Shown here: piece after piece, positions 9,639 through 22,252 of the stretch
Layout of the letters: each line of letters opens with the position of its first letter
How positions within the stretch are numbered: position 1 is the first letter of the stretch
Source: a bacterium
GTDB lineage: Bacteria; Vulcanimicrobiota; Vulcanimicrobiia; Vulcanimicrobiales; Vulcanimicrobiaceae
Assembly: GCA_021790895.1 (NCBI GenBank)
Contig: JAJYFM010000001.1
Coordinates: forward strand, 4,494-68,493
Length of the DNA stretch: 64,000 bases
Reading direction: 5' to 3'
Notes under the pieces: model-generated
Database searches by the model: none
Seen by the model: the letters and a program-made list of their open reading frames with translations, nothing else
What the model was told of the DNA's origin: nothing
Program-made: the position numbers and the translations under genes

Positions 9639-10658
9639 TTATGAAGCGAGCACTTCGGCATAGACCGCCGCAATCCGGCGTGCAAAGCGATCCCACGTGA
9701 GCTCGCTTGCGGCACGGCGCCCGGCGGCGACGCGCTCCTTCCAGCGCTCCGGCTCGCCGCGAAGGCTCTCGATTGCGCGTGTTACCGCCGATACGTCGCG
9801 CGGAGCGAAGGTGACCGCCGCAGCGGCCAAGGGCTTGGGCACCGCATCGCTACAGGCGATCACCGGGGTGCCAACCGCCATCGCCTCGAGCATCGTGAGG
9901 CCGAAGCCTTCCCAAAGCGCCGGGTGCACCAACGCGCTCGCTCCTGCATAGCAGCGTCGCAGCATCGCTTCGTCGATATCGCCGCAAGCGATCAAGCGAC
10001 GACCGAAGCGTTCGTAGCGAGCGTGCAGGTCACCGAAATCATCGGCACCGGTGACGAGCATATCGTAGTCGACGCCTTCGGGAAGCGCGGCCCATCCTGC
10101 GAGCATCGTCGGCAAGTCTTTATGTTCGCGGTGATTCCCGGCGTAGAACAGATAGGGTCGCTCGACCGACGGCGCGGGTACCGGCTCGAGAAACGATCGC
10201 TCGATGCCGAGCGGCACGACGCGAACGCGCGCCGTGTCGACGCCAAGGTAGCGCTCGCAATCCTCGATGCTGCGATCGTCGCCGACGATAATGCGTTTTG
10301 CGCGACGCGCTGCGGGGGCGACGACGGCTCGATAATACCACGCGACTTTCGCTTCGTAAAATTCCGCAAAGCGACAGTGAATGAGATCGTGGATCGTGAG
10401 AACGTAGGGAACCCGCCGTACCAGCGGCAGATATTGCGTCGGATAATGGACGAGCTCGACCTGCGATCGTGCGATCTCCAACGGCAACAGCACCTGTTCG
10501 GCGATGCTGAAGTTCTCGCCATGCCCGCACGGAATGAGATCGATCTCCGGCGCGAGCAGCGAGCGCCGGTCGAGCAGCGCCTGCGTGTAGGCCTTCATGC
10601 CGACCGACATCTGGCGCGTCAACCGCGCGTCGATCGCTACCCGCGCCATGCGCGCCAT
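9639..10658 (-). CDS. glycosyltransferase, GT4 (GT-B fold) family
   Basis: C-terminal half has the GT1/GT4 signature (LVHPALWEGFGLTMLEAMAVGTPVIA). I chose the start at internal ATG 10658; the maximal ORF reaches 10760. Confidence 0.8.
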   Translation of the reverse strand: MARMARVAIDARLTRQMSVGMKAYTQALLDRRSLLAPEIDLIPCGHGENFSIAEQVLLPLEIARSQVELVHYPTQYLPLVRRVPYVLTIHDLIHCRFAEFYEAKVAWYYRAVVAPAARRAKRIIVGDDRSIEDCERYLGVDTARVRVVPLGIERSFLEPVPAPSVERPYLFYAGNHREHKDLPTMLAGWAALPEGVDYDMLVTGADDFGDLHARYERFGRRLIACGDIDEAMLRRCYAGASALVHPALWEGFGLTMLEAMAVGTPVIACSDAVPKPLAAAAVTFAPRDVSAVTRAIESLRGEPERWKERVAAGRRAASELTWDRFARRIAAVYAEVLAS

Positions 10659-11380
10659 GCCACCACCGCCGGATAGAGCGCCGACCACCACATCACGTAC
10701 CACCCGCGCGGCCCGTCGAGCAGCGCTCCACGCACCAGCGCGAGCTTCGCTAATCGCCACGGAAGCAGCGCCGATTCGCGCACGAAACGACCGAACGATG
10801 GTGTGAGTCCGCGCGCTTCGATCTCGGTATAGCGCGCAAATTTCCGTCGATATTCGTTGCGGTCGGCATAAGAATCGTGCTGCAAGCAGCCGGCGAGTTC
10901 GCCGAGTGCTCCATCGCAGAGATATCGCTCGTGCAACACGGCTTCACCACCGACGGTCGGGAATGCCTCGACGCGAACCGCATCGACGCGAAAACAGCGC
11001 AAGAGCCGCTCGCCGCTCCACATGCGCAACGCTCGCCCGGCAAAACTTGTGTCGCGACGCACGAAGTAGCCGTCGACGTCGGTGCGCGCTTGCGCGAGTG
11101 CGCCGCGGAGCCGCTCGTCGAAGATCTCGTCGGCATCGACGGCGAACGCCCAGGGCGTCGTTACCTGCGCGAGCGCAAAGCGACGCGCGTCGACGAAGTC
11201 CGTCCACGCGCGGACGTGCAGCGTCGCGCCGTACGCGCGCGCGATTCGCTGCGTCGCGTCGGTCGATTCGGCATCGAGCACGAGGATCGGCATCCCTTTC
11301 GGCAACGCCTCGAGTGTATGGGAGAGCCGTCGTTCCTCATTTTTCGTAAGGATGACGGCAGTTATCTCGGCGAGATTCAC
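10637..11380 (-). CDS. glycosyltransferase family 2
   Basis: 247 aa. N-terminal ITAVILTKNEERRL and the DxD-like motif VDADE, typical of GT-A/GT2 enzymes. GTG start. Confidence 0.8.
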   Translation of the reverse strand: MNLAEITAVILTKNEERRLSHTLEALPKGMPILVLDAESTDATQRIARAYGATLHVRAWTDFVDARRFALAQVTTPWAFAVDADEIFDERLRGALAQARTDVDGYFVRRDTSFAGRALRMWSGERLLRCFRVDAVRVEAFPTVGGEAVLHERYLCDGALGELAGCLQHDSYADRNEYRRKFARYTEIEARGLTPSFGRFVRESALLPWRLAKLALVRGALLDGPRGWYVMWWSALYPAVVAWRAWRG

Positions 11381-11414
11381 CGCGCGGAGTGTCGCGTGCT
11401 ACCTTGGGGCACGC

Positions 11415-14019
<2,605 letters not shown>

Positions 14020-14023
<4 letters not shown>

Positions 14024-15138
14024 CGATCCCCTGCGTTCGGCAAGCGCGCCTCACTCCCCGCCAGAAGCCGAGCGCGTTCGTCCTGCAACAGCGCATCGAC
14101 GAGGCGATCCATGTCGCCGTCGAGCACGCCGCGAAGATTTCCGAAGTTCTCGTTCACACGATGGTCGGTGATCCGATCCTGCGGAAAGTTATAGGTGCGG
14201 ATCTTCTCCGAACGATCGCCGGTGCCGACCTGGCTGCGCCGAATCGAGCCGAGCACCTCTTCTTGCTCGCGGCGCTTCCGTTCGTAGAGCGTCGATCGGA
14301 GCATCTGCATCGCTTTCTCGCGGTTTTGAATCTGCGAACGCTCCTGCTGCGAGGCAACGATGACCCCCGTCGGAAGATGCGTGATGCGGATCGCCGACTC
14401 GGTCTTGTTGACGTACTGCCCGCCGGCACCGCTCGATTTGTAGGTGTCGATCTGCAGATCGGAGGGACGAATCTCCACGTTGACATCGTCATCGACCTGC
14501 GGCAAAACCGCGACCGTCGCCGTCGAGGTGTGAATCCGCCCCTGGCTCTCGGTCTGCGGCACGCGCTGCACCCGATGCACGCCCGACTCGTATTTAAAAC
14601 GCCGGTACGCTCCGGCTCCCTTCACCGAAAAAACGATCTCTTTGTAACCGCCGGCATCGCTTCCGCTCTCGGAGAGCAGTTCCACCTTCATGCGGTGCGA
14701 TTCCGCATAGCGCATATACATGCGCGCGAGATCTCCGGCGAAGATGGCGGCTTCGTCGCCGCCCGCGCCGCCGCGAATTTCGATGAAGACGTCGCGGTCA
14801 TCATCGGGGTCGCGCGGCAGCATGAGCTCTTGAATCTCAGCATCGAGCGCGGCGAGCCGCTCGCGCAGCGAGCCGATCTCTTCATCGGCGAGTGCGCGGA
14901 GCTCCGTATCACCGGCGGTTCGAGCGAGCGCTGCCGCCTCGGTTAATTCGTTCTCTAAACGCTCTCGCCGACGAAAGGCAGCGACCGTCGGCTCGAGGGT
15001 CGCGCGCTCTTTCGAGAGCGCGGTGAAGCGCACTTGATCGAACGAGCCGCTCGGGTTTCCCAGCTCGCGTTCGACCTCATCGAAACGCCGCGCCGCAGTG
15101 CGCAGCCGTTCGATCATTCCCTCGTTGAGTTCGGCCAT
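14020..15138 (-). CDS. prfA: peptide chain release factor 1
   Basis: GGQ motif (SGAGGQYVNK) and RF1-type PxT region (VPQTES). ATG at 15138 chosen; the track ORF begins at a TTG at 15150. Confidence 0.95.
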
Positions 15139-15193
15139 GGCAAAAATCAAAAGCGAGCCGCGGAGGCGGCTCGCTTGCGTTTCGTTTGCAGCG

Positions 15194-15466
15194 CTAAGCG
15201 GAGGTGGCGGAGCTCTTCGACTCGCGCGCAGCTTTGCGTGCGGCGGCTTCGGCCTTCTTCTGCTCTGCAGCGGCGGCGCGTTGGTTGAACTTGTCGACGC
15301 GTCCGGCGGTATCGATCAGCTTTTGCTGACCGGTGAAGAGCGGGTGGCAAGCCGAGCAAATTTCGACGCTGATCTTCTGATGCGTCGAGCCGGTCGTAAA
15401 CGTACTTCCGCACGCACAATGGACCTGCGCGTCGGGGTACCAGGTGGGATGAATCTTAGGTTTCAC
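15194..15466 (-). CDS. rpmE: 50S ribosomal protein L31 (zinc-binding C+ form)
   Basis: [10 protein letters not shown]-terminus and the cysteine motifs CACG...CSACHP. A GTG start at 15466 gives the canonical N-terminus; the upstream ATG at 15490 is an alternative. Confidence 0.9.
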   Translation of the reverse strand: MKPKIHPTWYPDAQVHCACGSTFTTGSTHQKISVEICSACHPLFTGQQKLIDTAGRVDKFNQRAAAAEQKKAEAAARKAARESKSSATSA

Positions 15467-15490
15467 AGCCCTCGTAGTATAGCAGCCCAT

Positions 15491-15526
15491 GCAAGAGACC
15501 TCAGAGGCACCTCTGAGGTCTCTTGC
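15491..15526. other. perfect 17-bp inverted repeat (hairpin) between the S53 peptidase stop and the rpmE start
   Basis: gcaagagacctcagagg-ca-cctctgaggtctcttgc, read directly from the sequence. A second small ccccc-agaa-ggggg hairpin follows at about 15536-15549. No U-tract on either strand. Confidence 0.8.
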
Positions 15527-15557
15527 TCTCCCCCTCCCCCCAGAAGGGGGAAACCTC

Positions 15558-17648
15558 CTAGTTGACCGGGGTTTGAGTGATCGCCGTGATGAGCCGCCCC
15601 GTCATCGGGACGCCGAGCCCGGTCACGAGATCGTATCCCGGGGTCGAGAAGCAACAGCCGGTGATCGGCCCGCCGCCGTTTTGGTTCGCCTGGTTCTCGC
15701 CGTACTGTACGTCGTAGAAGACCGAGGCGTAGTTCGCCCGTGCTGAAGCGATCTGGTAGAAGAGCGGGGCGGGGTTCCCCAAACGATAGCTATACGGGCC
15801 GGTCGAGCCGTTCCCGCAGGTCGCCGATTGCTTGCAGGCCTGGAGGACGAGCGCCCATTGCGCGGCGGCCTGCGGCGCTGCCATCGAGGTTCCCCCTAAG
15901 GCAGCGATCGTTCCGCCCTCGGCGATATAGAAGCCGACTCCCTGGCCGGTGTACGGATCGGCATCCATCGAGATATCCGGGATGCCGCGGAAGCCGCCGA
16001 GCTGAGGGTTTCCCCCGGTCAGCGTGAGTCCGGCTTGCCACGGGGGTGCCGGAATGAGGACCGAGACGCCGCCGCCGGAGCCGACATTGTTGCCGAAGGT
16101 TCCGTCGCCGCCGAGCGTCGTCTGATCGGCCCACGCGGTGATCTGGCCGAGGAGATTGCCGGCGCCATCGACTGGGAGATTCACCCCGCCGACCGCGACC
16201 ACGTTGGCATCGCTCGCCGGGTACGAGACGCAGGGGCTCGTCGGGTATAAGCCCGCAGCGGGATTCGCACAGTCGGCGTTTCCGTTATCGCCGGAGGCGA
16301 CGAAGACCGCGATCCCTTCCGCAGCGAGCGCTGCGAACTCCGCCGGGCCGAGCCCGGTACCGCCGGGCCCGACGTAGGCGGAACCGAAGCTCGTCTCGCC
16401 GCCGCCGTAGCTGAGGCTCAACACGTCGGAGCGATTATCGGCGATCGCCTGCTGGATCTCGAAATCGGCGAGTTGGATGCCCTCGGCATCGCCGAGCGTT
16501 TCTCCGCTCGGGCAGCCCGTCACGCCGACGTTTGCGGTGTCAACCACGCCGGTCGTCGCGTTGTAACAGTACGAGTAATAGGCGAGATAGAAGTTCTCGT
16601 TCACGCCGGGGGCGAGGCTCGCGGTCGCCTCGGTATCGAGTTGCGCTTCGCCGTCCTCAACATTGCAGGTCTGGAAATTCGGAACGCCCGAACCCGAGAG
16701 TTCGCACGGCAAAAAGTTCGGGTTGAGCGGCGTCGTCACCGGCGGAGGCATCGTAAAGCCCGTCGCCGGGAAGCCCGGACCGATAAGCGCTGGAATCGTC
16801 GCCGGATTCACGAAGAGCGGCGAGGTTGGAATCAGGCTGATCGTCGCGACCCGCGTGTGAAACGCCGCACCGTAGTAGGGAACGTCGTTCGGATCGATCG
16901 GCCCGGTGCCGATAATTCCGAGGCCGATTCCGCTTCCGGTAAGCCCCGCGTTATACGCGCCGGAGAAATCGAAGGCGCGCGCGACTTGCTGCGGGGAGAG
17001 CCCGGGCCCGAAGGTTCCGGTGGAGGGACGGATGAGAAAATTATGCACCTGCGAGGCGATCGGGACGAGCGCATTGAGTGCGGCCAGCGGGATGCTGCCC
17101 GCCACATGCGGAGTTCCGATCGGAGCGATAAAGCGCTCTTTCCCGTATTGGTAATAACCGAACTTCACGCCGAGCGCGGCGGTGAACTGCGTGCTGGTGC
17201 CGACGAGCGAGAGCACTAAATTCTGCGGCCATGAGCCGACGCCGATACCATACTGCTGAAAATAGGCGCTGACTTTTGCGCTACTCTCCGGCGCAGCACC
17301 GTAGATCTGCCCGATCTGCTGCGGGCTCAGGAAGTGCCGGTAATTCGGATTCCCCGGCGTACTCGCTTGCTGCGCGTAGGAGATCAGTCCGGCTTCGTTC
17401 TGTAACTGCGGTTGTGCGAGCATCGCCAACGCGACGGGTTTGGTGAGCGGACCGATGTAGGTCGCCTGTTGCAGCATGCGCTGCCCCCAGCGAAACGATG
17501 ACGGACCCGTCGACGTGATCGGCGGGAGATTGCCGCCGCCGTTGCTCGTCGGCAGCGCCGACCCTGCGCCACCGCCGCCACATGCCGCGAGTAAGGATGC
17601 CGCGATGACTGCTGCGGCTGCGGTTTGAATGCGCTGCATGCGAAACAT
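15558..17648 (-). CDS. secreted S53 (sedolisin/kumamolisin-like) serine-carboxyl peptidase, lipoprotein-type signal
   Basis: 696 aa. Lipobox LLAACGGGG. Pro-kumamolisin-like activation domain ([16 protein letters not shown]). Catalytic motifs [14 protein letters not shown] and GGTSMAAPQ. Confidence 0.85.
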   Translation of the reverse strand: MFRMQRIQTAAAAVIAASLLAACGGGGAGSALPTSNGGGNLPPITSTGPSSFRWGQRMLQQATYIGPLTKPVALAMLAQPQLQNEAGLISYAQQASTPGNPNYRHFLSPQQIGQIYGAAPESSAKVSAYFQQYGIGVGSWPQNLVLSLVGTSTQFTAALGVKFGYYQYGKERFIAPIGTPHVAGSIPLAALNALVPIASQVHNFLIRPSTGTFGPGLSPQQVARAFDFSGAYNAGLTGSGIGLGIIGTGPIDPNDVPYYGAAFHTRVATISLIPTSPLFVNPATIPALIGPGFPATGFTMPPPVTTPLNPNFLPCELSGSGVPNFQTCNVEDGEAQLDTEATASLAPGVNENFYLAYYSYCYNATTGVVDTANVGVTGCPSGETLGDAEGIQLADFEIQQAIADNRSDVLSLSYGGGETSFGSAYVGPGGTGLGPAEFAALAAEGIAVFVASGDNGNADCANPAAGLYPTSPCVSYPASDANVVAVGGVNLPVDGAGNLLGQITAWADQTTLGGDGTFGNNVGSGGGVSVLIPAPPWQAGLTLTGGNPQLGGFRGIPDISMDADPYTGQGVGFYIAEGGTIAALGGTSMAAPQAAAQWALVLQACKQSATCGNGSTGPYSYRLGNPAPLFYQIASARANYASVFYDVQYGENQANQNGGGPITGCCFSTPGYDLVTGLGVPMTGRLITAITQTPVN

Positions 17649-19006
17649 CAGCGTTTACCTCCGAGTGAGAGCGTAGGGGCGAAGCGTAGGAACATCTTCG
17701 CAAACGCCGTGCGCGCTTGCGTCCGTTCGCTCGCGATATGCGCTTGGAAAGCCGTACGATCGGCAGCGAAGATCGCCGTCGATATCGGCGCGACCGTCGT
17801 GCTCTTCGTCGAGCGAGCCTCGCTTTGAATCGAAGTTCCCGCAGTTTGCAGTGTGAGCGTCTGCGTATAGGTCTTCGTAATTTGCGGCGTTCCGGCGAAA
17901 TTGCCGAGGCCGGTCGAAGCAATCGTATCGCTGAGGAAGTTGTAGTAATAGGTCTGAACGTCGTTCATCGCCACGCAGACCGGGCCGAATCCCTGTGCCG
18001 TATAGGTGGTCGTGTTCGTGACTTCATCGAGCCCGAGAATCGGATCGATTTTCGTGATCGTTTGCGCGATTTCGTTTCCGCTCGTACCGAACGTACTCGG
18101 AACGGCGCACGTGCTCGGAAAAGTGACGCCGGTGCTCACTGCATCGCTCTCTTGATAGAGTTTCGGTGATGGAGAGAACCATGCCGACGGCACGGCGACG
18201 ACCGTCGGCGGGTTCGGCGGCGGCGTACCCGTCGCTCCCGGAGAGGGTGCGGGCGTCGGCGTCAGTACCGAGACCGAGATGCTCCCCGCGCTCGGAGCCG
18301 TAAACGAAACGACATAGGGCGTTCCGAAATACACGAACGACCACGTCCCCGAACCGTCGGGCGCAACGACGAAATTCATCGACGGCATACCGCCGGTCGG
18401 AAAAGTATCCTTTTCGCTGTAGGTGCCGTCGGCATTCGTCATGCGTACGATCGCGGCGCCGTCGGCGTCCCGCTCGGAATAACTGCCGGCGGGAGAGTTC
18501 GACCAGGTCGCTCCCGCGGTCTCGGGAAGTTCGTCGAGAATCTGCGGCGTGGTATAGACCCACTCGTAATTATTCTTGCTATCGTCGACGCTCTGCTGAG
18601 CATTCAGCACGAAATTCGTGCCGCTACCGGCGCTAACCGTCGAATAATACGAATCGCCGGTGGTGACGTGCGTTGCGGTGGTGCCGACGCTCGTGGTCGT
18701 GGTATGAAAATCGGTTCCACCGGCGCCGAGCGGATCGGCGCTCGCGGTTACGACGACGTTTTCGTCGACCTTCGCGGCGGTAGAGGTGCTGGGGAATGGG
18801 CTTCCGACCGGATAGGTAAAAACGTCGTTCTCCAGGGAGCTCCCCGAGAACGCGAAGGTGTCGCCGACCGTGGCGGGGTGTGCGGAGCTTGAGACCGCCG
18901 GGCTTCCGGCGCCGCCGGTCGCAGGAGGGGTCGTCGGTAGAGACGGTGCGCCGCCGCCACCGCATGCCGCTAAGAGCGCAGCAGTAGCGAGCGCCCCAAA
19001 GAGCAT
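17648..19006 (-). CDS. hypothetical lipoprotein, Ser/Thr/Gly-rich, translationally coupled to the S53 peptidase
   Basis: Internal start [19 protein letters not shown] (ATG 19006, or GTG 19021 preceded by gagagagg). Its TGA stop overlaps the peptidase ATG by 1 nt. No recognisable domain. Confidence 0.6.
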   Translation of the reverse strand: MLFGALATAALLAACGGGGAPSLPTTPPATGGAGSPAVSSSAHPATVGDTFAFSGSSLENDVFTYPVGSPFPSTSTAAKVDENVVVTASADPLGAGGTDFHTTTTSVGTTATHVTTGDSYYSTVSAGSGTNFVLNAQQSVDDSKNNYEWVYTTPQILDELPETAGATWSNSPAGSYSERDADGAAIVRMTNADGTYSEKDTFPTGGMPSMNFVVAPDGSGTWSFVYFGTPYVVSFTAPSAGSISVSVLTPTPAPSPGATGTPPPNPPTVVAVPSAWFSPSPKLYQESDAVSTGVTFPSTCAVPSTFGTSGNEIAQTITKIDPILGLDEVTNTTTYTAQGFGPVCVAMNDVQTYYYNFLSDTIASTGLGNFAGTPQITKTYTQTLTLQTAGTSIQSEARSTKSTTVAPISTAIFAADRTAFQAHIASERTQARTAFAKMFLRFAPTLSLGGKR

Positions 19007-19136
19007 CGCAGGTATTTTCACGTGTATATAGACCTCTCTCGAGGAGGAGCAGCAATATGGCCTGAACCCCGCCCTTTTCTCAACGGCCTCCACGTAATTC
19101 CTGTGACACTTTCCACCTAGCGAGCGTTTTTCGAAC

Positions 19137-19682
19137 ATGCACAATCGATATCGACTACCACTCACCCTCGCGGCGCTCGCGTTGCTCGCCGCGGCCGCTC
19201 CCTGCCGCCTCGACGGCGCGCGCATTATCGACACCGGCTCGACCAACGTGCAGGGTTACACGATCGCCGTCCGTTCCGACGGCACCGGATGGTGGCGACC
19301 GACGAGCCGAGTTGCGCAGCCCGCAGCACCCGCGCACACCTTTACCATCGCGCAGGGCATCGCGCGGCGATTTCTCGCCGCACTCGCAGCGGGCCGCGCG
19401 CAGCACGTCCGCGGCGTGCCCTGCATGAAGTCGGCCTCATTCGGTCACAGCCTCTTCGCGCTCTGGCACGGCTGGCGCTCTCCCGACATTACCTGCCCGC
19501 TCGACGGCGCGCAGGCCCGTCGAATCGCGACCCGGATGCGCGCCGTTATCGCGGCCTCGGGCATGCCCGCACCGACGGTCGGGCGACGCATCGGCATCCC
19601 CGGCAACGAACCGCGCCGTCAGCCAAGCGAACCGTCGCCCGCAGGGTCAGCGACGCCGCAACCGCGAAGCACACCGTCGTGA
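19137..19682 (+). CDS. hypothetical secreted protein
   Basis: 181 aa with signal-like LPLTLAALALLAAAAP. No recognisable domain. Its stop overlaps the next ORF's GTG start (GTGA). Confidence 0.5.
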   Translation: MHNRYRLPLTLAALALLAAAAPCRLDGARIIDTGSTNVQGYTIAVRSDGTGWWRPTSRVAQPAAPAHTFTIAQGIARRFLAALAAGRAQHVRGVPCMKSASFGHSLFALWHGWRSPDITCPLDGAQARRIATRMRAVIAASGMPAPTVGRRIGIPGNEPRRQPSEPSPAGSATPQPRSTPS

Positions 19683-20257
19683 AGTCACTACGTCGTACCC
19701 TCGGCTGCGCGCTCGCAGCCCTCATCGTTATGCCTGCCGCAGTGCAGGCGCAGCAGGCCCTTCCCACCGCATCGCCGACCCCGGCGCCGGCTCCCCAACC
19801 GGCAAAACCGGCGGTGAAGCCGGTCCTCAAGCCGACCCCGAAGCCGCCGCCGCCGCATCGGGTCGGGATCAGCGGCGTTTGGGAGATTCAAATTCAGTAT
19901 CCCAACAAGACGATTTACGCGCACTTCAGCATGCACCAACATGGCGATGCGCTCGGAGGAACCTATTTGAGCCCGCAGGGTAAAAAATCGCGGCTCGCCG
20001 GTAGCGTCTCCGGAGAGAACATGGTGGTCGTCGTCACGCTCGCCGACGGAAAAGTGCTGCGCTTCGAATCGCAATTGAACGGCACGACCGATATGGTCGG
20101 CATGATGACGAAGGCCGACGGGAAGCGCGTCGTTTTCACCGCCTCCTATCGCCCGAAAGAGAAATTCTTCGATTCGCTCAGCCCGATCCCCGGTGGAATC
20201 GGGAGCGGCATCGGCACCGGCATCGGGAACGGCGGCAGCTACAACCCACCGCGATAG
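19679..20257 (+). CDS. hypothetical secreted protein with a Pro/Ala-rich linker
   Basis: A GTG start at 19679 gives VKSLRRTLGCALAALIVMPAAVQA (signal peptide), then a PTPAPAPQPAKP linker, a beta-rich domain and a Gly-rich tail. The longer track ORF from 19289 overlaps the previous gene and is unlikely to be real. Confidence 0.55.
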   Translation: MKSLRRTLGCALAALIVMPAAVQAQQALPTASPTPAPAPQPAKPAVKPVLKPTPKPPPPHRVGISGVWEIQIQYPNKTIYAHFSMHQHGDALGGTYLSPQGKKSRLAGSVSGENMVVVVTLADGKVLRFESQLNGTTDMVGMMTKADGKRVVFTASYRPKEKFFDSLSPIPGGIGSGIGTGIGNGGSYNPPR

Positions 20258-20276
20258 TCCGTAGAGCAAATAAAAA

Positions 20277-20302
20277 GACGGCTCACGGAATCGTGAGCCG
20301 TC
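20277..20302. terminator. bidirectional intrinsic terminator
   Basis: 11-bp stem gacggctcacg / cgtgagccgtc with loop gaat. An A-run precedes it and a T-run follows it. It lies between the convergent genes ending at 20257 (+) and 20311 (-). Confidence 0.8.
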
Positions 20303-20310
20303 TTTTTTGC

Positions 20311-20817
20311 TTAGGCTCGTTCGGCGAGCCGACGCTCGACGTACGGAATCAATCCGCCGGCGTCGATGAGCGAGCGCATAAAGGGCGGAAACTCCGCGGC
20401 CTTATAGCTCGTGCCTTTCGAGAGATTCCGGATTGCGCCGGCTGCTGGGTCGATCTCGATCTCGTCGCCCGCAGCAATCGCATCGACGGCCTCGGGGCAT
20501 TCGAGGATCGGAAGACCGATGTTGATCGCGTTGCGATAAAAAATGCGCGCGAAGGACTTTGCGATGACCGCTCCAACGCCGGCCCCTTTAATGGCGATCG
20601 GTGCGACCTCGCGGCTCGACCCGCAACCGAAGTTGCTGTCGGCGACGATGATATCCCCGCCCTTGACGCGGCTTGAGAACTCCGGATCGATGCCCTCCAT
20701 CGCATGTTTTCCGAGCTCTTTTTCCTCGACGAGGTTGCAGTATTTCCCCGGAATGATGACGTCGGTGTCGACATTCTTTCCGTAGGTATGGGCGCGTCCG
20801 CGCAGCGTTTTTTCCAT
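20311..20817 (-). CDS. leuD: 3-isopropylmalate/homoaconitate dehydratase small subunit, short (type 2, archaeal-like) form
   Basis: Internal ATG 20817 gives 168 aa, [26 protein letters not shown]..., with the GSSRE motif ([10 protein letters not shown]). Confidence 0.85.
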   Translation of the reverse strand: MEKTLRGRAHTYGKNVDTDVIIPGKYCNLVEEKELGKHAMEGIDPEFSSRVKGGDIIVADSNFGCGSSREVAPIAIKGAGVGAVIAKSFARIFYRNAINIGLPILECPEAVDAIAAGDEIEIDPAAGAIRNLSKGTSYKAAEFPPFMRSLIDAGGLIPYVERRLAERA

Positions 20818-20833
20818 CGATGATCGCTCCTCT

Positions 20834-22123
20834 TTACGAATAAGCCGGCGCCGAGGCGACGACGCGCGGGTCGGTGATCCAGCCGGTGAGTGCCGAAGCG
20901 GCGCAGGTCGCGGGGGACGCAAGATAGACCTCGGCTTTCGGTGATCCCATGCGTCCGACATAATTGCGGTTCGTGGTCGAGAGGCAGCGTTCGCCGTCGC
21001 CCAGCGTCCCCATGTGTCCGCCGAAGCAGGCGCCGCAACCGGGTGTATTGACGACGCAACCGGCGCTCGCCAACGTTTTCAAAATACCCTCGTCTACGGC
21101 TTGCAGCCAGACTTTCTGCGAGCCCGGGTTGACGATTACGCGCACGCTCGGCGCGATCTTTTTCCCATGAAGAATCTTCGCTGCGGCGCGGAGATCCTCG
21201 ATGTACCCATTCGTGCAACTGCCGATGAACACTTGGTCGAGGAGTACGCGGTCGCGCGTCACTTCGGAGATCGGGTGAACGTTATCGGGCGTATGCGGAC
21301 AGGCGATTTGCGGCTCGAGAGCGTCGACGTCGATGGTCACGATACGTTCGTAGACGGCGTCGGCATCGGCGCGCTCGACGACGAAGGGGCGATCGGTGCG
21401 CTCGCGCACGTACGCCAACGCCTTCTCGTCGGCGTGGAAGATACCGTTCTTCGCGCCGGCTTCGATCGCCATGTTCGCCATCGTCGATCGCCCGGTAATC
21501 GAAAGCGCATCGATGGTCGAGCCGTGAAACTCGATCGAGCGGTAGGTCGCGCCGTCGATGCCGAGTCGCCCGACCGTCGCGAGCATCAAATCCTTTGCGT
21601 AGACGCCCTCTTTGAGCATGCCGTTATAGACGACCTTGATCGTCGGTGGTACGCGTAGCCAGACTTCGCCGAGCACGAACGCCGCAGCGATATCGGTTGA
21701 ACCCATGCCGGTCGCAAAAGCACCGAGAGATCCGTAGGTGCAGGTATGCGAATCGCCTCCAACGATCAACTCGCCCGGAGCGACGAGCCCTTCCTCGGGA
21801 AGCACGACATGCTCGATGCCTCCTCTACCGACATCGAAAAAATGTTCGATCTCTTGCTCAGCGGCGAACTCTTTCATCTGCCGCGCGAGGTTCGCCGATT
21901 GTGCGTCCTTCGCCGGAACAAAATGATCTTCGACGAGCGCGATCTTCGTACGATCGAAAACGCGCTTCGCACCCTTCATCGTGCGCATCACATTCACGGC
22001 GACCGCAGCGGAGAGTTCGTTCGCCAACACGAGATCGACCTTCGCGTTGATGATCTGCCCTGGTTCGACGCGATCGAGCCCGGCGTGGCGCGCAAGAATT
22101 TTTTCGATGAGGGTCATTCCCAC
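20834..22123 (-). CDS. leuC: 3-isopropylmalate/homoaconitate dehydratase large subunit (aconitase family, type 2)
   Basis: 429 aa. N-terminal [11 protein letters not shown] and Fe-S cluster cysteines (GSCTNG and [12 protein letters not shown]). Confidence 0.9.
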   Translation of the reverse strand: MGMTLIEKILARHAGLDRVEPGQIINAKVDLVLANELSAAVAVNVMRTMKGAKRVFDRTKIALVEDHFVPAKDAQSANLARQMKEFAAEQEIEHFFDVGRGGIEHVVLPEEGLVAPGELIVGGDSHTCTYGSLGAFATGMGSTDIAAAFVLGEVWLRVPPTIKVVYNGMLKEGVYAKDLMLATVGRLGIDGATYRSIEFHGSTIDALSITGRSTMANMAIEAGAKNGIFHADEKALAYVRERTDRPFVVERADADAVYERIVTIDVDALEPQIACPHTPDNVHPISEVTRDRVLLDQVFIGSCTNGYIEDLRAAAKILHGKKIAPSVRVIVNPGSQKVWLQAVDEGILKTLASAGCVVNTPGCGACFGGHMGTLGDGERCLSTTNRNYVGRMGSPKAEVYLASPATCAASALTGWITDPRVVASAPAYS

Positions 22124-22252
22124 GATGCTTTGGTACTCCGTTAAGCGTTTGGGTGGAGAAACGAAGGCTCCCGTTCTCTATTCTCCCCGGCGCGGGCGAC
22201 TCCCGCAGTGCAGCAGGCATAGCCCCGCAGAGGCGCGCACATTCCAAAGAGT

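Noticed and set aside
22124-22252. Riboswitch (SAM) upstream of metY, or a T-box/leader upstream of leuC, in the divergent 129-bp gap
   Set aside because: I could not find the conserved SAM-I core elements or any other riboswitch signature I know, and the gap is too short for a T-box. Only short direct repeats (cccgcag x2) are visible. A covariance-model scan would be needed to be sure.
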